In this document: one piece after another, positions 6,132 to 13,902 of the stretch
Numbering within the stretch: the stretch's first letter is position 1
Layout of the letters: every line of letters starts with the position of its first letter
IMG/VR virus record: IMGVR_UViG_3300020043_001244
Location: 1-29,253 of that record
Origin: a virus
Taxonomy: Duplodnaviria; Caudoviricetes
Strand: one strand, 5' to 3'
DNA length: 29,253 nt
Position numbers and translations under genes: made by a program
The notes under the pieces: model-generated
The model's input: only the letters and a program-made list of their open reading frames with translations
Database searches by the model: none
What the model was told of the DNA's origin: nothing

Positions 6132-6497
6132 TTAGCGTATCAGCCCTGCTTGAACCGCTGCGTTTCGACAACAAGGGTCGCACGTTAGAAGTCGCTTACC
6201 GTGCGCGCAGATTGGGTGCGGGTCGCCAACTCTTTCCGGTTGTGAATCCTTAGCCCGGGTGCGTAGTTCTTCGCTCTTTCTTTTCTCTTTGATTCGCATA
6301 GCAAAAGCTATTACGTGCTTTGCTTCGACGTAGGAGATTGACTCTTCTCGCTGGGCTTCGATTACTGCCGCCTTAGCGTCTGCGAAGTCTAGGTAGCCGA
6401 TTAGGTCGAACCAGACTTGGAGCTTGTCCGCCGTTAGCTGTCGGTTGTCGATTGCGCTTAGGTATTCCATTAGCTCTTTGAGTTCGTTCTTAGTCAT
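6132..6497 (-). CDS. helicase loader/inhibitor-like protein (G39P N-terminal-like) with Cys-rich tail
   Basis: MTKNELKELMEYLSAIDNR...VWFDLIGYLDFADAKAAV; directly downstream of the initiator. Confidence 0.6.
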   Translation of the reverse strand: MTKNELKELMEYLSAIDNRQLTADKLQVWFDLIGYLDFADAKAAVIEAQREESISYVEAKHVIAFAMRIKEKRKSEELRTRAKDSQPERVGDPHPICAHGKRLLTCDPCCRNAAVQAGLIR

Positions 6498-7149
6498 TAG
6501 CCCATTCCTCCAAAGCCTTCGAGTCGGTTGTTTTGCGTTTCGGTAGTGGCCCGTTATTCCAAGCTTCAGCGTTTAGCCAAGTTGCCGGGTTCTTTATGAA
6601 TTGCTTTTCCGGAAGATTCGGGTCTTCGGCGTAATCCTTTGCGCCTTTTACGATTAGGCCAACGTCCCCGGTCTTAGCCGCTTTCCTGAATGCTCGTTGC
6701 GCTGCGCCTTTATCGACTTTCTTCGGGTAGTAGCTCCAGAAAGAATCAAATTGCGAATCGCTATATATTCTCTCGTTATTCTTTAAGCTGTTGTTCTTAG
6801 TAATGTTCTTCTTAAGTAGCGGATTGTCCTGCGTAGGATTATCCTGCGTAGGGTCTTGCGTCGTATAGGTGTATCCGCCTAGATAGCCCTTCTCTCCGCG
6901 CTCTCTATCTTCGGAGCGCATTAGATAACCCGCTTCGAGCAGTTCGTTTATTAGCGTCCGGATTGCGTCGCGTCCAACTCCGTTATCCCTGCCCAAGCTT
7001 TCCTGCGAAATTCTCCAGCCCGGAGCGTGCGAGAGAAGCTGCGCTAGTAGCCCTTTAGCCCCAAGTGAGATTCTTTTATCCCGCAACCAGTCGTTAGGTA
7101 TCTGGGTGAAGTGGTCGTCGAATGAGTGGTGTCCCCGAATCAGAGGCAT
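6490..7149 (-). CDS. replication initiator (N-terminal HTH, lambda-O-like organisation)
   Basis: FTQIPNDWLRD..LGAKGLLAQL, INELLEAGYL, and C-terminal FDSFWSYYPKKVDK..NPATWLNAEAW. Confidence 0.85.
   Translation of the reverse strand: MPLIRGHHSFDDHFTQIPNDWLRDKRISLGAKGLLAQLLSHAPGWRISQESLGRDNGVGRDAIRTLINELLEAGYLMRSEDRERGEKGYLGGYTYTTQDPTQDNPTQDNPLLKKNITKNNSLKNNERIYSDSQFDSFWSYYPKKVDKGAAQRAFRKAAKTGDVGLIVKGAKDYAEDPNLPEKQFIKNPATWLNAEAWNNGPLPKRKTTDSKALEEWAND
6821..6862. repeat. iteron-like 15-bp tandem repeats (putative origin)
   Basis: ggattgtcctgcgta / ggattatcctgcgta / gggtcttgcgtc inside the initiator linker, next to the AT-rich tract 6761-6820. Confidence 0.65.
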
Positions 7150-7568
7150 TAGTTCCCTTTCTTTGCTAGTCCGATACTAGCTAATAAATCAGCGAGCGGT
7201 ATCAGTCGCCCGATTGAAGCCTTCGTTTCCTTGGTAGCTATTGGTTGCCTTGTTTCTCTCGGGTTCGTGTTGCTTATGAATTGCTTTAGGACGCTGGTTT
7301 TTATCATTACGAAGCCTTCCCCTAGCGGTGAGCCGAAGCAATAGTATTCTGCTTCGCTAACGTTTATGCCCGATTGCTTCTTATCCGAAGCGTCGGGTTC
7401 GGAATACTGCCACGTTTCAACGTAGACGTTCCCCGTTTCGTTTACTCGGTAATCAGTTTTGACTTCTATCTTTTTGCCGACTAGGTCAGCCAAGAAGGTT
7501 TCGACAAGCTCTTCGCCTATTCGTCCCCTTGTAAAGTCCACGTCAAAGCGTGGTTCGTATCCAGCCAT
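7149..7568 (-). CDS. PD-(D/E)xK restriction-endonuclease-fold protein
   Basis: GRIGEELV...IEVKTD...TGNVYVE. Confidence 0.6.
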   Translation of the reverse strand: MAGYEPRFDVDFTRGRIGEELVETFLADLVGKKIEVKTDYRVNETGNVYVETWQYSEPDASDKKQSGINVSEAEYYCFGSPLGEGFVMIKTSVLKQFISNTNPRETRQPIATKETKASIGRLIPLADLLASIGLAKKGN

Positions 7569-7577
7569 TTTTTCCTT

Positions 7578-7907
7578 TCAGTCTGGTTGGTTCGTTGGAA
7601 CCTTTCCAAAATTATCGTCTAGCAAGTGCCAGCCGTCCCATAACCGCACCGGAGTTTCTGCCGGGTCTTGATGTGAGTAGAGCTTCCAACCACGCATTCT
7701 GGCAAGCGCGGCGAATCCGAAAGACGATTCCATTTGTCCGTTTGAGTAAGAACAAAAAACTATTATGTTCGACGGGCGATTGCGTTCTTTGCTCCCGCCC
7801 ATTCCTCGGTTAGCTCGGTGTTGTGGAATCAGTTCCGGCCCAGTAGTTCCGCAACAAGGGCAAGCAACGTCCCGGTCTAGGTATTTTTGGAACTCTTTTT
7901 TATTCAT
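7578..7907 (-). CDS. HNH-family endonuclease-like protein
   Basis: RDVACPCCG...QHRANRGMGG...SNIIVFCSYSN. Start at ATG 7907 is likely (the track gives 7922). Confidence 0.7.
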   Translation of the reverse strand: MNKKEFQKYLDRDVACPCCGTTGPELIPQHRANRGMGGSKERNRPSNIIVFCSYSNGQMESSFGFAALARMRGWKLYSHQDPAETPVRLWDGWHLLDDNFGKVPTNQPD

Positions 7908-8133
7908 CTTCCCACGGGTCATATTTCTTCGCGGGTAGGTCTAAGCCCGTCCCGGAATAGTCTGCGGAGAATCCGATACTTGAAGAGCTGTCCGTATCTC
8001 GAAAGTTTAGAATCTCTTCCGAAGTCGGTTCTGGGCAGGAATGGCGACGAATCCAATTCTTGTAAAGCTGAGTTGCTTCGTCCCCGGACGCTTGAAAGCT
8101 TGCGCCGCAGGAACATTTTTCCCGAATCTTCAT
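7900..8133 (-). CDS. small Cys/His hypothetical protein
   Basis: CSCGASF...RHSC with an acidic tail. Confidence 0.65.
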   Translation of the reverse strand: MKIREKCSCGASFQASGDEATQLYKNWIRRHSCPEPTSEEILNFRDTDSSSSIGFSADYSGTGLDLPAKKYDPWEDE

Positions 8134-8159
8134 ACCCCGCCAATCCTTCGCCCATTAGT

Positions 8160-8489
8160 CTAGCTCCGCCATTGGAGTTCCACGTTCCGGCTAATAACGG
8201 CGGTCATTGTGGCCGTGTCGGATAGGACTTTCATCTTCATTTTTACCCGGTTGAACTCCGCCCGGGCTAGGTCGGCTTTTAGCTTTTCGTCTATCGCCTG
8301 AAGCTTTGCCACCGCTTGACGGTCTGCTACCGTGCCTTGACTATTCAAGAAAGATAGAGAAACGGACTTGTCATAAGTTGCTTCTGCGTCCGCTAGTCGA
8401 ACTTCTGCGTCATACAACGCCGAAGCTCCTTTCTCCATTTCCTTACTTATGCGTTGAAGCTCTTCGACGATTTGGCCCGGGGTTTCCAT
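8160..8489 (-). CDS. all-helical protein, possible UvsY-like recombination mediator
   Basis: Coiled-coil with GTVADRQA, TAATG-coupled to the SSAP. Function is inferred from context. Confidence 0.5.
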   Translation of the reverse strand: METPGQIVEELQRISKEMEKGASALYDAEVRLADAEATYDKSVSLSFLNSQGTVADRQAVAKLQAIDEKLKADLARAEFNRVKMKMKVLSDTATMTAVISRNVELQWRS

Positions 8490-8980
8490 TAGGCCAATCC
8501 TTCCGCCATAGTTTTTATGGCTTCTAAGATTCCAGCGTCGGCCTTAGCAGTCTTCGCTTCGGAATAGAGCAGTCGCAACTTGTCGATATCTTTAGCGTTC
8601 GTTAGTTCGCCCGCTTCATAGAGCCAAGCTCGAACCGGAACGCCGCGGGAAACCTTTTCCATTTCTTCCCGGCTTGGTCTTTTACCTTTAGGGCTAAATT
8701 CATTTCCTAGCGCGCTAATGGCACGGCCCAAAGCCGAAGTAGAACAATTCTCGACGTGGCTAATTTTGTTTACAGGGGACGTGCCGATTCTTTCTTCTGC
8801 GAAGTCTACGGTCGTCGGGTGCTTCTCGTTTTTATCCGTCCAGACTCGCGCTTGAATTATTACTTGCGTGTCCGTTAGGTTCACAATTCGAAGGTCAAAT
8901 CTTCCCTCGGGATACTTCTCCCAAAATAGGTCGATTCTTTCTTGAACAGTTTGGTACTGATTTAGGTCGAAGTGCGCCAT
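8489..8980 (-). CDS. single-strand annealing protein (Rad52/Sak/Erf-like)
   Basis: YQTVQERI..F...YPEG and ENCSTSALGRAI; lies near the YqaJ exonuclease. Confidence 0.7.
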   Translation of the reverse strand: MAHFDLNQYQTVQERIDLFWEKYPEGRFDLRIVNLTDTQVIIQARVWTDKNEKHPTTVDFAEERIGTSPVNKISHVENCSTSALGRAISALGNEFSPKGKRPSREEMEKVSRGVPVRAWLYEAGELTNAKDIDKLRLLYSEAKTAKADAGILEAIKTMAEGLA

Positions 8981-9123
8981 TAGTTATCCTTTCCGATTGG
9001 CTCAATTTCTTTTTCAATTAGGTCGGTGATTAGTTTCATATTGACGGCGGTATATCCGTCTTTTAGTAGGTTCGCAAATAGAGCCGTTAGGTCTATCGTC
9101 GAATAGAGTTTGTCCTTACTCAT
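8980..9123 (-). CDS. hypothetical protein, 47 aa
   Basis: Manual translation gives MSKDKLYSTIDLTALFANLLKDGYTAVNMKLITDLIEKEIEPIGKDN*, with ATGA and TAATG coupling. Confidence 0.7.
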   Translation of the reverse strand: MSKDKLYSTIDLTALFANLLKDGYTAVNMKLITDLIEKEIEPIGKDN

Positions 9124-10004
9124 TTCTTCCCTTTCTCGTTGTGAATGTAAGGGTTGCCCATTCCGCGAGCGCGCAAGCTTATCGCGTGTTCGCCGTAGAC
9201 GATTCCCTTTTTCTTCCCGCCCATAGCAGCCAATACCCGGCTCTTCAGTTCGGTAAGTCTTTTCTCGGTCTGCTCGAAGTCGGTTAGAGCGTTGAAGTAA
9301 TTTACCCCTAGTTCGTCTAGGTGTTCTTCTCCGTCTTCGATTTTAGGATTCATAGCGCGGATAGTTTCGAACGTTGAATTGCTTCCGTCCCAGTCCGGCA
9401 TTTGTTCTTTTAGAACTGATTCCCTAAAGCGATAAGCGGCCGCGATTAGAGAAGTCGCTTCGAACGAATCCCACTCGACGTCGAATTCTTGATAGCTGGA
9501 ACCTGCTAAAGCTACTAGCACCGCTTCTTGAATTGCGAAAACGTTCATATACCAAAGCACCTGCGCTCGGTAATGTTGTGGAACTTCGCTCCAGTAATCG
9601 CGTGAGAACTTGATTTCAATAATTCCCCAAGTGCCGTCCGGCTTGCGATAGAGCGCGTCCGGGTTAGCGCGTTGCCAACTGAAGTCTTTATGCGCCCAAG
9701 TTCCCGTAGTAAAGATTTCGTAGTCCGGGTGTTCTTCGGCAAAGATTTCTAGGATTGGAGTTTCTAACTTGTTGCCTAGACGCATACTCATATTCGGTTC
9801 TAGTTCGTCCGAGATTTTCCCCGTCTTCTTTGCCCACTTGGTAATTGCGGACTCCCACGGACTTAGCCCGGCGATTGCTCCGATATCGGAACCGCCAACG
9901 GCTGCGTCTTCGTTTCTTAGATTGTGCCACTCAGGGGAACCCGATTCGAAGTTGCCTAAGAATACTGCGTCCCCTAGTTCGGTGATTTCTAGCGGTTTTA
10001 TCAT
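9120..10004 (-). CDS. YqaJ/lambda-exonuclease family 5'-3' exonuclease
   Basis: EWHNLR..VGGSDIGAI, GNKLE, ANPDAL, IEIK, YRAQVLWYM. Confidence 0.92.
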   Translation of the reverse strand: MIKPLEITELGDAVFLGNFESGSPEWHNLRNEDAAVGGSDIGAIAGLSPWESAITKWAKKTGKISDELEPNMSMRLGNKLETPILEIFAEEHPDYEIFTTGTWAHKDFSWQRANPDALYRKPDGTWGIIEIKFSRDYWSEVPQHYRAQVLWYMNVFAIQEAVLVALAGSSYQEFDVEWDSFEATSLIAAAYRFRESVLKEQMPDWDGSNSTFETIRAMNPKIEDGEEHLDELGVNYFNALTDFEQTEKRLTELKSRVLAAMGGKKKGIVYGEHAISLRARGMGNPYIHNEKGKK

Positions 10005-10054
10005 TTTTCCCTTTCTTGCTATTTTCGGTCTAACTTTCCTATAAGGTCAGACTA
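10005..10054. promoter_or_regulatory. overlapping divergent promoter region between yqaJ-like gene and whiB
   Basis: Plus-strand TAAGGT (10042-10047) lies 6 nt before the whiB ATG (leaderless). Minus-strand TAGTCT (10054-10049) lies upstream of the AGAAAGGG RBS. Confidence 0.5.
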
Positions 10055-10335
10055 TGACTACCCTACGACAATTATTAGGAATTGAGCGGAAATACCTAGA
10101 ACTTCACGAAGCAATTCGGAAGGTCGGTTCCGTAGAGTGCGAAGAGCTGCCCGACGTCTTTTTTGCGCAGGAAGCAAGCCGGGTATCCCAGAAATTAGTG
10201 GAAGAAATAGCCAAAGGAATCTGCCAAAATTGCCCGGTTAGGCTACAATGCCGGGACTATGCCCTATCTACCCGGGTAACGGGTATTTGGGGAGGCACTA
10301 CTGAAGCGGAGCGTTACTCTGCGTCGGGGACGTAA
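10054..10335 (+). CDS. whiB: WhiB-family Fe-S transcription factor
   Basis: C..PDVFF...AKGICQNCPVRLQCRDYAL...GIWGGTTEAER. Confidence 0.95.
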   Translation: MTTLRQLLGIERKYLELHEAIRKVGSVECEELPDVFFAQEASRVSQKLVEEIAKGICQNCPVRLQCRDYALSTRVTGIWGGTTEAERYSASGT

Positions 10336-10499
10336 GAGATAGCTAGAGCGGAACCACCGATTGCTAGAAGAGCCGCGGCGACGTTTAGAATCTGCGCGCC
10401 AAGCTCTCCGGAGATAGTTCCAAGGCTAATTAGTAGCGGAACGGTTGCGGCAATAATTCCGTAAATCCATTTTCTTACTGCTGGTTTTAGGTTCAACAT
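10314..10499 (-). CDS. holin (two-TM actinophage type)
   Basis: VRKWIYGIIAATVPLLISLG... in the lysis cassette. Confidence 0.75.
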   Translation of the reverse strand: MLNLKPAVRKWIYGIIAATVPLLISLGTISGELGAQILNVAAALLAIGGSALAISYVPDAE

Positions 10500-10771
10500 T
10501 ATTCTTCTTCTTTCTTGTAGAGGTTCACGTCTTCAAAGGTAGCAGACGCCGTGTACGCGGTAAGGATAATCGAGATAAGGGCTACCCCGCCAATTACTAA
10601 CTGGACAGATACTTCTTTGTCAAAGAAGAAGGTTCCCATTCCGAAAAGAATCATAACGAAGCCTAAGCGATAACCGCCGTAGATTAGTTTTCTTCGATAC
10701 TTCCAAGACGGGCCAGAAGTGTCTTCGCCTTCTTGCTCCCGAAGAAGCATTAGAGCGTCGAAGATTTTCAC
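10499..10771 (-). CDS. two-TM membrane protein of the lysis cassette
   Basis: Two hydrophobic segments, located between the endolysin and holin. Confidence 0.7.
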   Translation of the reverse strand: MKIFDALMLLREQEGEDTSGPSWKYRRKLIYGGYRLGFVMILFGMGTFFFDKEVSVQLVIGGVALISIILTAYTASATFEDVNLYKKEEE

Positions 10772-11259
10772 TTCAGTTTTTCTAGGGCTATTTGGGTTTT
10801 GATATAGCTAGTCGGTTCCGTGTAGCGCAGACCCTTATTGTTCCAAACGTAGAACTTGCCGCGCTGGATTTCGAAGTGAAGGTGTGGCCCGGTGGACTCT
10901 CCCGTGTTGCCCGACTCTCCGAGCTTTGTGCCTTCTAGGACTTTCTGCCCGACTTTGATTCCAGCTTCTTTGATTGAGCCTTTTTTCAAGTGGTAGTAGC
11001 CGGAGGTTATCCATTCGCCGTTTACCTTATGGCGCAGTCTAACAATGTAGCCACCGCCAGCAGGTTCCCCGTTAGGAAACTTTAGCCTTGAAGCTCCCGC
11101 ATAAACAACCGTTCCGTTAGCGATTGCGTAAACCGGGCGACCGACTTCAACCGCAAAATCGACGCCGTTGTGGTGCTTACGGATTTTCTCGATTGGGTGG
11201 AATCTCCAACCATAAGGCGAAGAGATTTTAGGGATTGGTTTATTGAACGGATAGCGCAT
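10768..11259 (-). CDS. M23 metallopeptidase endolysin
   Basis: HNGVDFA (HxxxD), YYHL, GNTGESTGPHLHFE (HxH). Confidence 0.92.
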   Translation of the reverse strand: MRYPFNKPIPKISSPYGWRFHPIEKIRKHHNGVDFAVEVGRPVYAIANGTVVYAGASRLKFPNGEPAGGGYIVRLRHKVNGEWITSGYYHLKKGSIKEAGIKVGQKVLEGTKLGESGNTGESTGPHLHFEIQRGKFYVWNNKGLRYTEPTSYIKTQIALEKLK

Positions 11260-11263
11260 AAGG

Positions 11264-11509
11264 CTATTTTACCAGAAGAGAAAAGAAGGCGGAAACTAAG
11301 CCCGTGACTCCCGCGGCAAGACCTGTATAAGCTATCTTCTCAATCCACGCTAACCGGGCAAGGGTTAGTTCAACTTCCCGCATTCGCTCCGGGACGTCGT
11401 CTAGGTGGTCGAGCTTCTCTAGCAACCGAACAAGAATCTCTCCGTGTTCAAGTTGCTTTTGATAAATAGCGTTCTGGGTTATGCGTACCCCAGTTGTTTC
11501 CTCAGCCAT
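11264..11509 (-). CDS. coiled-coil protein with C-terminal TM helix (lysis-associated)
   Basis: Coiled-coil followed by IAYTGLAAGVTGLVSAFFSLLV. Confidence 0.7.
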   Translation of the reverse strand: MAEETTGVRITQNAIYQKQLEHGEILVRLLEKLDHLDDVPERMREVELTLARLAWIEKIAYTGLAAGVTGLVSAFFSLLVK

Positions 11510-11742
11510 TATGCGGTCAGAGCAGCGATTTCGTCAGCCGTTAGACCGAGTGCCAGAAGCTTTGCGTTAGCCGAGTCTTGTAAGGCTTGCTTTTCTGCTT
11601 CGGCTGCTAGGCGTTCTGCTTCTCTGGCTTCTGCTTCAGCACGAGTAGCTTCTAGGCTTGCGACTTCTTCAGCGGTAAGAGCTATTCTTGTTTGCTCCCC
11701 AGTTTCGCAATTTACAACCAGCTTGGTTAGTGTTTCTGTCAT
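11509..11742 (-). CDS. small tail-fibre-associated/chaperone-like protein
   Basis: VVNCETGEQT..LTAEE...AKLLALGLTADEIAAL; follows the tail-tip genes. Confidence 0.6.
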   Translation of the reverse strand: MTETLTKLVVNCETGEQTRIALTAEEVASLEATRAEAEAREAERLAAEAEKQALQDSANAKLLALGLTADEIAALTA

Positions 11743-11757
11743 TTCTTTTCTTCCTTG

Positions 11758-12291
11758 TTAGCTTGCGCCGACTATTCCGTCGGAGCCTTTAGTTATTGAG
11801 TAAAGATAGGCAACAGAGTTTTGCGCTAGTGTTCCTGTTACTAATTGTATTGAAAGCGAAGTGACTGCGCTTGTTGGGCTAAAAACAACGCTAGATGAAA
11901 GAGTCATATTGTCTGCTAGTGAAGACCTAGTTCTTGAGCTGTTTACTAAAATCATTTTTGACCGAGAAGATGTGTAATCTAAAATTTCAACTTTGTGGTC
12001 GCTCCACCCATTGACCGAATTATCAGCATACCCAGCAAGATTCAAGTCCACATAAGTCTTTGTAGCTGTACTGGCAGCCTCAGTTACGCTAATAGCTCGA
12101 AAGTTTGACTCACTATACGAGCTAGTGCTTACTCCGTTTATTCTCACAAAAGCTTCTGACGGAGAGGCTGAATCTCGCCTAAGAAAGCACCGAAGTACGA
12201 GGTCGGTAGCAGTCTGGGGTATTGAAGTTAGCTCGATAGAAGAAGCTCCACCAGAACCCACAGTGCTACTTGCGATTAGTTTCATTGTCAT
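11758..12291 (-). CDS. Ser/Thr-rich beta-structured tail-tip protein, paralogue 3
   Basis: LIASSTVGSGGASSIELTSIPQTATDL...AVTSLSI...AYLYSI. Confidence 0.7.
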   Translation of the reverse strand: MTMKLIASSTVGSGGASSIELTSIPQTATDLVLRCFLRRDSASPSEAFVRINGVSTSSYSESNFRAISVTEAASTATKTYVDLNLAGYADNSVNGWSDHKVEILDYTSSRSKMILVNSSRTRSSLADNMTLSSSVVFSPTSAVTSLSIQLVTGTLAQNSVAYLYSITKGSDGIVGAS

Positions 12292-12293
12292 TT

Positions 12294-12794
12294 TTAGCCG
12301 TCAATTCCATAGATGGCAAAAGTCGAAAGTGCGCCAAAAGAGTTTACAGATGGGAATAGCTGAACCGATGTAACAACCTTGCCTTCACCTCTACCTATAA
12401 AAAGCTCAGTGGTGCTGGCATTACCTGATTCGGCAATGTTTATAGTGCCCTGATTGCCTGCTGGGGTTTTTGAGAACATAATTTTTATGCGTGACGCAAG
12501 TCTTGTTGAGCTGTTGAAGGGTGCGAAGTTAGTCAGGTTCAATTCATTATTCCCTGTATAAGTCACACCAGTAATAATTGAAGTACCAATGTTGCTATAC
12601 ATTATGTAGCCGCTGTTTTCAGTCGTTCCATTGTTCAGCCTCATCCTGAGAAAGGCGTTAGTAGCACTGCTACCTAAACAGTCCACTACAATCTCGAAGT
12701 GCTTGTACCTAGTAGGCAAGCTTGTGAACTCAATAAGAGCATCAGAAGTACCAAGGGTAATGTTTGCTAGGGGTATGTAAGTTGGAGTAGGCAT
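12294..12794 (-). CDS. Ser/Thr-rich beta-structured tail-tip protein, paralogue 2
   Basis: YIPLANITLGTSDALIEFTSLPTRYKHF...VVTSVQL...FAIYGI. Confidence 0.7.
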   Translation of the reverse strand: MPTPTYIPLANITLGTSDALIEFTSLPTRYKHFEIVVDCLGSSATNAFLRMRLNNGTTENSGYIMYSNIGTSIITGVTYTGNNELNLTNFAPFNSSTRLASRIKIMFSKTPAGNQGTINIAESGNASTTELFIGRGEGKVVTSVQLFPSVNSFGALSTFAIYGIDG

Positions 12795-12796
12795 TT

Positions 12797-13339
12797 CTAT
12801 CCTCTAATTCCGTATAGGGCAAACATTGAATTCGGCTCAATAGTCCCCGCGCTGGCAGTTAAAGTAATTTCAGTAACCGCTGCTGTTGCCAAGCTAATTC
12901 CAGTTGCGTAGGTCACATCATCTTCATACATCCAGCTAAAGCTGCGGACAGTCTTTGTCAAAGTTGTGCTGGTGTAGTTTGCTATTTCTACTAGACCACC
13001 ACCAAAGATTTCAGGTGAGCTTCTACCGAGTGCTTCCTTTAGCTCAAAGCTAGATACACCTAAGTCATTAGAGGCAGCAGGTGATGTTGTTTCACCTATA
13101 ATCTCGTGACGATTCCAGTTGTTTGTGCCGTTGAAAGTGAGCAGTAGCTGTCTGTCATTGGTGTCCGAGCTGTGACCTAGAAACCTGATTTGTAAATGAG
13201 CATAGTCGGTAGGTAAAGAAGAGAAGGTTATGGCACTTGTAGCAGAGGCAACAGTAGTTGTGCTGATGAACTCAAAAGCGTCTGTAGCTACTGGCGCACT
13301 TGCTCCAGCGACAGCAAGTATTCCTAATGGAATAAGCAT
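12797..13339 (-). CDS. Ser/Thr-rich beta-structured tail-tip protein, paralogue 1
   Basis: FEFISTTTVASATSAITFSSLPTDYAHL...AVTEITL...FALYGI. Confidence 0.7.
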   Translation of the reverse strand: MLIPLGILAVAGASAPVATDAFEFISTTTVASATSAITFSSLPTDYAHLQIRFLGHSSDTNDRQLLLTFNGTNNWNRHEIIGETTSPAASNDLGVSSFELKEALGRSSPEIFGGGLVEIANYTSTTLTKTVRSFSWMYEDDVTYATGISLATAAVTEITLTASAGTIEPNSMFALYGIRG

Positions 13340-13875
13340 TAGACAGTAATCTTTCCAACTACTCGATAAGTGTTGGCAGCTACATCTAATACGGTAGCAG
13401 CGTTGTATTGCTGGTCAATCTTGAATGTGACTGCGGTTCCTGCGGTTCCTGCTCCACCCCAACCAGTTACGCCTGTTCCTGCTGCGATTGTGACTGTTCC
13501 TGCGCCGTCGCGGATAATGTCTACACGGTCGCCTACTGCGAATACGTCCGGAATTGTAATTGTGATAGCTGAAGAAGAAGTCGAATAAATAAATCCCCCA
13601 GCGTTAGCAGCTGTCGCTGTGTAAGCACTAGTAACAGTTGCGTTAGTCGGTGTAGTAGGAGTTGGGATATCAACTAAAGCAACGTAAGCCGAGCCGTCCC
13701 AGTATTCGTAAGCGTCGGTGTCAGCTAGGTAAGTAAGCATTCCTTCAACGGCTGTTCCAATTGCGGAGCTTCGAGCGGTTGAATCCGCAAAGGTCATAAC
13801 TGCTTGATTCATTAGATACGTGTTTACGTCCGCAGCCGTGAGAATATCTCCCGCGCTAAATGTCTTTTTTGGCAT
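13339..13875 (-). CDS. minor tail/fibre-anchoring protein
   Basis: KTFSAGDILTAADVNTYLM, EGMLTYLADTD..YWDGSAY; Thr/Ala-rich. Confidence 0.75.
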   Translation of the reverse strand: MPKKTFSAGDILTAADVNTYLMNQAVMTFADSTARSSAIGTAVEGMLTYLADTDAYEYWDGSAYVALVDIPTPTTPTNATVTSAYTATAANAGGFIYSTSSSAITITIPDVFAVGDRVDIIRDGAGTVTIAAGTGVTGWGGAGTAGTAVTFKIDQQYNAATVLDVAANTYRVVGKITV

Positions 13876-13902
13876 TAGGTTCCTTCGTTCTTTATTAGTT
13901 TA

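Noticed and set aside
5869-6183. Same-strand alternative-frame ORFs (also 1150-1377, 7919-8155, 9545-9930, 16393-16596, 18545-18769, 27480-27755)
   Set aside because: They are nested in well-supported genes and have the Arg/Ser-rich composition typical of off-frame translation.
13432-13505. Short gttcctgc repeats
   Set aside because: They encode the GAGT/AGT low-complexity stretch of the tail protein and are not an array.
11758-13875. Diversity-generating retroelement or invertible tail cassette
   Set aside because: I saw no reverse transcriptase, recombinase, or nucleotide-level template/variable repeat pair.
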